In this document: in pieces, positions 22,195 through 32,198 of the stretch
How the letters are laid out: each line of letters begins with the position of its first letter
Position numbering within the stretch: position 1 is the stretch's first letter
From: Felis catus
Lineage: Eukaryota
Assembly (NCBI RefSeq): GCF_018350175.1
Contig: NC_058370.1
Coordinates: 30,380,001-30,444,000 of the forward strand
Reading direction: 5' to 3'
DNA length: 64,000 nt
Notes under the pieces: generated by a model
What the model was told of the DNA's origin: nothing
Seen by the model: only the letters and a program-made list of their open reading frames with translations
Databases searched by the model: none
Position numbers and translations under genes: made by a program

Positions 22195-24155
22195 GTAACA
22201 TTTTGGTACGTTTCCTTCCAGTCTTTTCTCTAGGTTCATGCAGTTTTCTTTTTAAAAATTTATTGCATAAAACTGGCATCAGATGTATACACTGTATAAC
22301 TGGCATCTCCTGCTGTTTCACCTGGCATCAAGTGATGAGAATTTTGCCACTTGATGAAGTATTGCCAACATGCTTTTTAATAGTTGTATGTTGTTCCAAT
22401 TATGGGTGAACACTAATCTGTGTGGCCTATTGTTACCCATTTAGATTATTTTTACAAGCAGCATTAGAATTTTAAATCTATTTGCTAGTAATCCCCAAAT
22501 CCATAGATGAACACTGATAACATCTCCGTGTGTCACCTTCTGGACTTTTCCATGCATACAGGCATAAATGTGTTTTCAGCTACAGAAATAATGTCGTTTA
22601 TATATATAAAAGCATACATACACATGAATCCCTGAAACCTCCTCCTGCGCCAAACAAATAAAAATGACATATTCTTAAAACAATGAATGCTTTGCAGTAG
22701 TTTAAAAAAAAATCTATTAGAGTAGCTTGAGGTGTGTAGTCAAAGAGGAAGGCTGTGACCCAGGGGGATGGGCTAAGGACCTGGGATGATCTGGATGAGG
22801 CTACAAACAAGTGGATGTGTACAAAGAAGAGGACCAAGGACAGTGCCCTGGGCTCTCCAAGGTTAAGGGTTCAAGAAAGGACTAACAAGAAATTCATGAA
22901 AAACAGCTGAAGAGGTTGGAGAAACACCAGACCTGTATGGTGTTCTGGAGGCCAAGGGAAGAAAGTGTAACTCACTGCTGTGTTACCATGTATATTTCTT
23001 TGAATGCCATTTGAATGTGAATTTTCTAGTCATACTTTTTGTCCATGTTTCTCTTGTATTTGTCTTTTTGTGGACTTACAGGAGCTCTTCATATGCTCTG
23101 AACACAAAATCTTTGTTAAGTATATTGCAAATATTTTCTTCCAGTCTGCTACTTATCCTCTAACTTAGTCTAGGGAATCTTAAATATGAGAAGTTTGTAA
23201 CCTTTAAGTAAGCAGCTGTGTCAATTTTTTCCTTTATTGTTTCTGGGTTTTGTGTCTTACCGTAGGCCTTTTCCACTCCTGAGACATAAAAAATATTCTT
23301 CTAATCACAAGGTCTAGAAGAACATGGGAGATTTTTCCCTACAGGGGCCAGATCAGTGCTTGGCCCATAATGGGTATATGGTCCCTGTGCAAAGGTGAGT
23401 GTAAGGCTACGTGTCCGAGACTCCTTGCCACACATTTTCAGGAAACTGTGTCTACATTTTGGTGGTTTCATCAATGTACACATATGTCCCTCCTGCCTCT
23501 TCGCCCATCTTGGCTTGTAATCAATGTGTGTTTGGGTGAATGGACAATGGGTGGGCTTTTTTTTTTTTTTTTCTACTTCGCTGAATTTTCCCATAAGCAA
23601 GTACAACAGGACCTTTAAAATTAAAAGGAGAATGGAAAGATTGCTGAGGGGCATGAGGAATAATGATTAGGTAGGTAGAATGGGTATTAGGCCTAGTGGG
23701 TAGCTTTGGACAGCCTAGGCCAAGATGAGAGAAGGTGGACTGTAGACTTCTCTAAGGTGGGGAATTGGAAAGGTGGGGCTTACAGAGGGAGGTGGGGGGA
23801 TCCCAGGGCTCCAGATGGATCGACATAGGAATTGCTCAGCTGAGAGGGAGTGGAAATGGGCCCTATGCCCTGCTACAGACAGCAGGTAGACCAGATATCT
23901 GGAAATGGCTGTGCTGTCAACACAAGTGTGTGACTTCTTTTTTGTCCTGGAAGTGGCCATACTGGTATTTTTTTGTGGGAACCAAGGATGGGCCTGGAAG
24001 GTGAAGACAATATGGGCCTATTGATAGAGGTGTATACAGTTACTAGGACAGAGATTGTCTAGATAATTGAGGACATCTCTAGAGTTTCTAGAGCCAAGAG
24101 TCCCAAGAGAAATACATTTCTCCCCTAATCTTCCATAATTCTACTCACACTTTCA

Positions 24156-24366
24156 TTTTTTTTTTTTTTAATTTTGAGAGAGAGTGAGGAAGAGCATGTG
24201 AGAGCAGGGGAGGGGCAGAGAGAGAGGGAGAGAGAGAGTCGCAAGCAGGCTACACACTGTCAGCACAGAGCCCAACGTGGGGCTTGAACTCATGAAATGA
24301 GAGATCATGACCTGAGCCAAAATCAAGAGTCAGACACTTAACTAACTGAACCACCCAGGTGGCCCC
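24156..24366 (-). mobile_element. Can-SINE
   Basis: Reverse SINE with (GA)n and T-tail. Confidence 0.9.
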
Positions 24367-24375
24367 ATCCTTTCA

Positions 24376-24600
24376 TTTTTTGAAGTTTATTTATTTATTT
24401 TGAGAGAGAGAGAGAGAGAGCAGGGGAGGAGCAGAGAAACAGGGAGAGAGAGAATCCCAAGCAGGCTCTGCACTGACAGCACACTTTGCTGTCAGTGCAG
24501 AGCCTGACTCAGGGCTCGAACTCACAAACCGTGAGATCATGGCCTGAGCTGAAATCAAGAGTCAGACACTTAACTGACTGAGCCACCCAGGTGCTCCCCC
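24376..24600 (-). mobile_element. Can-SINE containing an internal perfect hairpin
   Basis: Reverse SINE; TSD ccatcctttcatttt; inverted repeat 24462-24506. Confidence 0.9.
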
Positions 24601-25070
24601 CATCCTTTCATTTTAACAGCTTTATTGAGATATATTTCACGTATCATACAATTCACTCATTTAGCATATACAATTCATAGATACATGCAACTATCACCAC
24701 AGTCAGTTTTAGAACATTTTCATCACCTTAGAAAGAAACCCCTGCTTGGATACCTCATATGAATGGAATCAATAACACATGTCTTTTATGACTGGCTTCT
24801 TTCACTTAGAGTCATATTTTCAAGATTCATCCATGATGAACTATTTGTTAGTGCTTTATTCTTTTCTTACAGCTGAATAATACTCTATTGTATGGATATA
24901 AGACATTTTTATCCATTTATCATTTGATGAACATTTGGATTATTTCTGTTTTGGCAGTTACGAATAATGCTGCTGTAAGCATTTGTTTGCAAGCTTTTGT
25001 GTGAACATGTTTTCATTTTTCTCGGGTATATAGCTGGGAGTGGAGTTGCTGGGTCATATGGTAACTCATG
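24600..25070 (-). mobile_element. Old L1M 3' fragment
   Basis: ttttaacagctttattgagatata...tatgactggcttctttcacttag...aataatgctgctgtaagcatt. Confidence 0.8.
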
Positions 25071-25294
25071 TTTTTTTTTTTAATTTTTTTTAACGTTTAT
25101 TTATTTTTGAGACAGAGAGAGACAGAGCATGAACAGGGGAGGGTCAGAGAGAGAGGGAGACACAGAATCTGAAACGGGCTCCAGGCTCTGAGCTGTCAGC
25201 ACAGAGCCCGACGCGGGGCTCGAACTCACGGACCGTGAGATCATGACCTGAGCCGAAGTCGGACGTTTAACCGACTGAGCCACCCAGGCGCCCC
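25071..25294 (-). mobile_element. SINEC_Fc
   Basis: Full felid SINE consensus. Confidence 0.93.
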
Positions 25295-26258
25295 AGGTAA
25301 CTCTTATGTTTAATTGTCTGGGGAACTACCGGATTGAGTACCAGATTCAGGTCTTTGAATTAACTTGAAAATTGTACCTGTTCTTTGGAAAATATTTTAA
25401 AATACAGAAGATGTTGAGGGTACAAACATTTAATTCCACTATTCAGAGAATATTCTTGTGGGATACTTTTCTGTGCATATCGTTTTTAGTGGGACCATAG
25501 TTGGCATAATATTTTGTAGCCCATATTGTGAACATCTTTTCACGTCAATAATTATTTTCATCAGTGAGTTTCAACTTTCTTTTACGCTAGGAACCCTCTC
25601 TTGAAAAGACCATCTTCTGAGAGCCCATTGTGTAATCACTCAAATATCAACAATTACTTATTGGGCCCCTGCTGGATGCCAAGCATCCCTACCTGCCCCC
25701 ATGCCCATTCTCTTTAAAAGCTGCAGGTATTACACAGTATAGAGGAGTCACCTCATTAGCTGCTCCCCTGTAAGAACACCCAGCTTGCTCTCTGCATTTC
25801 ATTGTTACTAACGATGACTCAATGAACAAACATCTGTGTGTACTTTTATCATCTCTTTAAGAGAAATCCATAGAGGTGGGATGTGGGGTCAGAGGCCAGC
25901 CTTGGCCGTGGGCCCATATGAGGTGCCTGGAGATGAGAGAAGAGGCAAATGACTTGGTCCCTGTTCTGCAGCTCAGTCAGCTTGAGGAAGTGACATTCGG
26001 GAAAGGGAAAAGGAGATTTCAATAAATAAAGCTCATATCTTGCAATGGTTCCTTTTTAGGAATTCATTCTGTGTATGCCTGCCGCATCAATGTAAAAATG
26101 AGTAACCTGAATGTTCAGCATTAGGGAATTGAGTAAATATATGCCTTTATGGTACTCATATGGATCCACCTCCAAGTAAAAGAAAGCAAGGGGTAAAACA
26201 ATGTTTCACATACTGTTTGTTATATCTGTAAAAATATGGACATATGCTTGTACACATA

Positions 26259-26765
26259 TAGACCTACACTGCCCACTATGGTAGCCACTAATAGCATGTG
26301 ATTATTGAGCACTGGAAATGTGGTGAGTACAAGCTGAGATGGGCTGTGAGTGTAAGATGCACATTGGACTTTGAGACTTGGTACCAAAAAAAAGTATCTA
26401 AAATATCTAATTAGCAGCACCTAATCTCACAGCTCGTGCGTGGGTTCAAGCCCCGCATTGGGGTTACCTGCTGGAAGCCAGCTTGGGATTTTCTCTCTCT
26501 CTCTCTCTCAATCCTCCTCCACTCATGTGCTCTCTCTCTCTCTCTCAAAATAAATAAACTTTCAAATAAAATATCTAATTAACAATTATTATATTGATAA
26601 TATGTTTAAATGATAACATTTTGAATATATTAGATTAAATAAAATATTAAAATTTCAACTGTTTCTTTTATATTTTTTAATGTGGTTACTAGAAGATTTT
26701 AAATTATGTATATGGCTCATATTTGTGCCTGCCATTATGTTTCTATTGCCTAGGACTGTCATAGA
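26259..26765. mobile_element. MER33 (hAT-Charlie) interrupted by a 5'-truncated SINE (26414-26570)
   Basis: actgcccactatggtagccactaatagcatgtgattattgagcactggaaatgtgg...; SINE TSD aaaatatctaatta. Confidence 0.8.
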
Positions 26766-26908
26766 CTATCTCCAGAATATGCAACAAGTTTATGATAGTG
26801 ACTGCATCTGTTCTGAATGTTTGTGTGGGATGGAAGATTGACTTTTCACTGCTGTTTTGTATCATTTGAATTTTCTCCCTTGTTCAAATTTTTGGTACCA
26901 TGAACCAA

Positions 26909-27124
26909 TTTTTTTAAGTTTATTTATTTGTTTTTGGGAGAGAGAGAGAGAGAGAGAGAGAGAGCTCACGAGGAGGGGAGGGGCAAAGGGAGAGAGAATC
27001 CAAAGCAGGCTTTGTGCTGTTAGCATGTAGCCCTACACGAGGCTTGAACCCACAAATGGTGAGATCATGCCTGAGCCAAAGTCAAGAGCCCGACACTCAA
27101 CTGACTGAGCCACCCAGGCACCCC
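26909..27124 (-). mobile_element. Can-SINE
   Basis: Reverse SINE with (GA)n. Confidence 0.88.
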
Positions 27125-27219
27125 AGTAACATGTTCCAATTTTAAAAAACCATTTAACATGTCACAAGCCATGACGGAAAAGGCACTAGAAAAATGAATC
27201 CCATAAAGATGCCATGTGG

Positions 27220-27864
27220 ATGGAGTACTATGTGGCAATGAGAAAGAATGAAATATGGCCCTTTGTAGCAACGTGGATGGAACTGGAGAGTGTTATGCTA
27301 AGTGAAATAAGCCACACAGAGAAAGACAGATACCATATGTTTTTACTCTTATGTGGATCCTGAGAAACTTAACAGAAACCCATGGGGGAGGGGAAGGAAA
27401 AAAAAAAAAGAGGTTAGAGTGGGAGAGAGCCAAAGCATAAGAGACTCTTAAAAACTGAGAACGGGGCACCTGGGTGGCTCAGTCGGTTGGATGTCCGACT
27501 TTGGCTCAGGTCATGATCTCGCGGTCTGTGAGTTTGAGCCCCGCTTCGGGCTCTGTGCTGACAGCTCAGAGCCTGGAGCCTGTTTTGGATTCTGTGTCTC
27601 CCTCTCTCTCTGACCTTCCCCCGTTCATGCTCTGTCTCTCTCTGTCTCAAAAATGAATAAATGTTAAAAAAAATTTAAAAAAAAAACTGAGAACAAACTG
27701 AGGGTTGATGGGGGGTGGGAGGGAGGGCAGGGTGGGTGATGGGTATTGAGGAGGGCACCTTTTGGGATGAGCACTGGGTGTTGTATGGAAACCAATTTGA
27801 CAATAAATTTCATATATTGAAAAAAAATAAAATAAATAAATTTAAAAAATAAATTTAAAAAAAA
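27220..27864 (+). mobile_element. 5'-truncated felid L1 (L1_Fc-type 3' end) with nested SINEC_Fc (27463-27681)
   Basis: gaaatatggccctttgtagcaacgtggatggaactggagagtg...gacaataaatttcatatattg plus A-tail; L1 TSD about atgcc(a/g)tgtgg; SINE TSD aaaaactgagaac. Confidence 0.9.
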
Positions 27865-29199
27865 TGCCGTGTGGGAACAGGCTTAGAAGCAGAAGGATTT
27901 TGCAAACGTGATAATTTTTCCTTCTTTTCTGCCAAGGTACTGGGGTCACACCAGACCCCCTTAAGCGAGCCCACAGCTTGATATGTACAGTTTAGAGGCA
28001 TGGTGTTCCTTTCATGGGAAGTGGAGCTTTCTGAAGCCCAGAACTGTCATTGTAACCAGGACCTGGCTGGATGTGGGGAGTTGTTTCTCATACAAAATGA
28101 TTGCAAATATCTATTTTAGCTTATTTTTATTGACTATCTTTTTTTTTTTAATTGGGCACGTAATCTGTGATCTAACTGGCAAAAGGAGATGTGGGAAGAT
28201 ACACAGAGCTGATGGGAGGAATGCTCTGGAATGACCCCTCTGTGGTCTTGGGCTCTCCTCACTGGCCCAGAGGTGACCTCTGACTGTGAGATTTCAAAGG
28301 ATTCAAGAGTGTCACGCTCCCCCACCTTTTGTTGACCACACACAGACACACCTTCCCCACACCCTGTAGAAGCCTGTAAGCACATTCGTGTGTGTGTGTG
28401 TGTGTGTGTTGGGGGGGGGATAACACCAGCTGGGTTGATTTTGAAAACGCAACCCTTCATTTTTATTTCTGGTCTTTGAAGTGGGAGGCCTCACAGACTG
28501 TCTCCTCCCCCAGTCCCCCATCCTGGGGACAGCCACAGCCTGGACTGTGAGTAGTGGCTAGAGATTGGGAGCTGGACCCTTGATCCAGGGCGGATGAACC
28601 TGAAACCTCAGCCCTGTCCAGCACTAAGTATAGCGCCTGACATCACAGAAGCTGGGCAAAATGTTGGGAAAAGGAAAAGTCATGAACCCCCACCCTCCTC
28701 CTCACCACTCTCAGGTAGGACTGGGGGTCTTTGCATCCCCTTCTTGCGCAAGTCCCCTAGCCACCCAACCTCCTACCGCCAGGCCCTCCCTTCGGCCACT
28801 CCCACCCACTGCACCTTGGCAGGAGGGATGGGACTACGCAAGAGGCACAAAGCCTCAGCTCCTGCTTTCCCAGCTGTGCTCCACCCCGCCAGAGGCCAAC
28901 TCCTTGCTGGGGAGATGGGATGGAAAAGCAGCTTACCACCCATTCACTTTTGGGTGCAGCCTTCCGGTCTCATTCCAGGAAAGCAGGATTGATGCAAAGC
29001 GATTAGTCCGAAGGTGCTCACTTTAAACTAGTGATAAATTCAGTTTCCCTCGTCATCAAAGACACAAATTAAACAATGTGATGCCATTGACATCACCTTA
29101 GCCAAACCGTCGGTGGGTGTGAGAAAGTTCCACTAATTGGGTTGAGGTCGTAGACACCTTCTTTGGCCCCAACCGCCAAAACCTATAGCTAGGTCAGGC

Positions 29200-30430
29200 A
29201 TTAGAGCCTCCTCTGGGGTTGCTGGAGAAAATTAGACCCCTCGGGGTCACATGTATCGTAGCCCCCCACCTCCGGTGTACCTCGTGTGCGAGGGGCGGGG
29301 GAAGGGGGGAGGCTCCGTTCGATGATTTTGCTTTAGGGACGCTCCGCGCTGTTAGTCGCGAGCGCAGGGAGGCTGCAGGAGCGCCTGGGGTGAATTTCTG
29401 CTCCACCACTTGCCCGGTGTGACCTTGAACGAGTTAATGAACTTCTCCACGCTTCAACGTCCGGGTCGATAGAGTGGCAAACCCAGACCGCACTTCATAG
29501 CCTTGTCTGGCAAACTCCTGGAATGGAGCCTTCTCACGGTGCCTACTGGTGAGTGTAGGTGATGTTAAATCTCGGGGTGGGGTGGGGGGTCCCTCTGAGG
29601 CCACCCTAGCGGGTGTTGGTTCCTCTGAGACCCTCTCGGCCGGGGGTGTGTAACTCCAAACCACATCCCGAGAAGCAGAATTTGGGAAGCCAAGATCCTC
29701 GAGTCCTGGCTGGAGGGGCGAGGGGGTGGCGTGTGGGGGCTCAGGAGAAACCCCAGTCCCTCAGCCCCAACCAAAGTCTGGAACTCGGCGGGGCCGGGCT
29801 GGCCAGCCTCCGCGCCTTTCACCCCGCGGGCCCCGCCCTCAGCCCCGCCCTCCTCTAACCAGAGCCCCCATTGGTGGCGTCCGGCGGCGCGGCTGCTGTT
29901 ATTTTTCGAATATATAAGGAGGTGGAGGTGGCAGCTGCTGCTTAGAGGTTTCCCGGACTGGTGGCTGGTCCCTGCGTCCCTCCACCCCGCCCCACCCTCC
30001 CCGCTTCCCTCTCCTCCCTCGCTCCGGCCCCGTGGCTCTTCCTCCCTCCCTCCCCCCCCTCCACCCCGCGCCCGCTCCCCTCCTCGCCCCGGCCAGCTGT
30101 GCCCGGCGTCGCCCTGCGTCCGGCCCTCCGGCCAGCCTTCCGCGGGCCACGCCGCGATGGAGCTGCCCCAGCCCGAGCCCGCGCCGGGCGTGGCTCTCAG
30201 TCCGGCCGGCGTGCGCGGTGGCGCCGAGCGTCCCAGCCACCTCCGGGGCCTCCGGCTGGGAGCTCTTGGCCTCGTGGGGTCCCCGGAGCGCGCGGCCGCT
30301 TCCTCGCCGGTCACCACCCTCACCCAGACCATGCACAACCTCGCCGGGCTGGGAAGGTAGGGCGCCCCACCGACGCGGGGTGTGGGGTGAGAGGCCCCCA
30401 CTAGGGTGTTGGTCCCCGGCGTGGGAGTCG
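29200..30430 (+). promoter_or_regulatory. CDC25B main CpG-island promoter
   Basis: GC boxes about 29831-29850, ATTGG (NF-Y) 29870-29874, TATATAA 29911-29917, about 245 nt upstream of the ATG. Confidence 0.85.
29350..29560 (+). mobile_element. Highly diverged, CpG-rich MIR inside the CDC25B island
   Basis: ctccaccacttgcccggtgtgaccttgaacgagttaatgaacttctccacgcttca...cttcatagccttgtctgg...ccttctcacggtgcct is collinear with the MIR consensus. Confidence 0.55.
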
Positions 30431-32147
30431 AATCGAGAGGCTGAGTGGGGAGGTGTCCTGGGTAAGAGCCTGCTTCAGGGACCCGGGACTAGGGCAATGA
30501 GGCCAGGTCTGTGCTGCTCACACCCTCCAGGTGACTCGCTCTTGGCAGCACAAGCCTCTGGAGACCACTGTCCCACTTCCCGGCTCCCCCCCCTCCCCCG
30601 CTGCCCCCCTAATCTCTGCCCTAATCACCACTATTTTGCCCCAGGCAGGGGATTCTGAGCTTGGAGTGGGAACTTGAGGGTGGCAGAACAGACTGGTTCT
30701 CCTATGTCCATGCCCCTGCTCCCTCCACCCCTAGTCCTTTCCCAGGGTTAAGGGGTTAAACACTGGTCCTGCTTCCTGAACAGGCCTGCAGTGTCCAGGC
30801 TGGGTTGCCCTCAGCAGCAATAGAGACTAAAGTATTGGTCCTAGTTCCAGAAAGGCTTGTGGATGGGTAGGGGTCTGAAGAGTTCCGATGAAGGCCCTCC
30901 AGGCTCCTTTCCTGCCCTGCCATCCCCCAGAGTGGCCTCCAGCCCAGCTTCTTGCTCTTGCTCTGGGCTCACCTCTTTCTTAATCAACAAAGAAAAGACA
31001 CTTAGGGCTTCTGCAGAAGGCCCAGAGAAGAGGGTAAGCCCTCAGTGCCATCGCCTCTCTGGGGCAGTGGTGGGTCCTTCAGAGGTGTGGCCAGTGGGAA
31101 CATGGGCCAGCCAGCTCTTGAGCCCCATGTTTACATTTCTCCTTCCCTGGGTCCCTGTTGCCTTCCCAGTGAGACCCCAAAGAGTCAGGTAGGTGGCCTG
31201 CTCACACGCCTATCCCTGTCCCGGAGACGAGCATCTGAATCTTCCCTGTCGTCTGAGTCCTCTGAATCTTCTGATGCAGGTGAGTCTCTTAGGGCCCCGG
31301 GGGACTTGGGGGGCTGCCTGAGTCTCCCCCACTTCCCTGCCAATCACACTAACATTTTCCCCACAACCGGGAGCCTCCACCTGCCCACTTCTGGTGGGGC
31401 TTACCACACCCAGCCCAGACTGGCTGAGCGGCTGTAGGGCGGGGCCCACTTGGGGAGAGGAGATCTTACCTATTTAAAACCAGGCGCCAAAGTCCCTGAA
31501 CCACAGCCCCACCTGGGAGGCATTAGGGCTGACACTTGGTCATTTTATAACATTCGCTTGCCTTCAGCTATAACCTTTTCTTTAAAAAGCTGTTATCTCT
31601 TCTAGAACAAATTACTTTAAACCAGTTTAAGAAAAATGCTTAGCAAAATTTTGGTTTAAAAACCCATACAGAGGAGGGGCACCTAGTGGCTCAGCTGGTT
31701 AAGCTTCAGACTCTTGATTTCAGCTCACGTCATGATCTCAAAGTTCTCCGTGCCGACAGCACACAGCCTGCTTGGGATTCTGTCTCTCTCCCTCTCTCTG
31801 CCCTGTTACATTTTTTTTTTTTTTTTTAATGTGTCAAGATCTAAAATAGAAACAGGTTTTTTCTTTCTTGAATAGGGTTGGGACATGGTGGGGGAAAGTG
31901 CAGAAGATGGGCACTACTTTCAAACCAAGGTGCTCTGTCCCCTCAGGTCTCTGCATGGATTCTCCCAGCCCCATGGACCCCCAGATGGCAGAGCAGACGT
32001 AAGTACAGAAAAGGGATCTCCCCTGGGGCACCTGAGTGGCTCAGTGGGTTGAGCATCCGACTCTTGATTTTGGCTCAGGTCATGATCCCAGGGTCGTGGG
32101 ATTGAGCCCTTTGTCAGGCTCCATGCTGAGCTTGGAGCCTGCTTAAG

Positions 32148-32198
<51 letters not shown>

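Noticed and set aside
18900-22300. Residual pogo/Tigger terminal inverted repeats or TA TSD around CENPB
   Set aside because: None recognisable by eye; the domestication is ancient and part of the 5' region is masked
29731-30156. Open in-frame leader upstream of the CDC25B ATG (possible CTG start at 29965)
   Set aside because: Expected in very GC-rich DNA; part lies upstream of the TATA box; weak context and low-complexity Pro/Ser peptide
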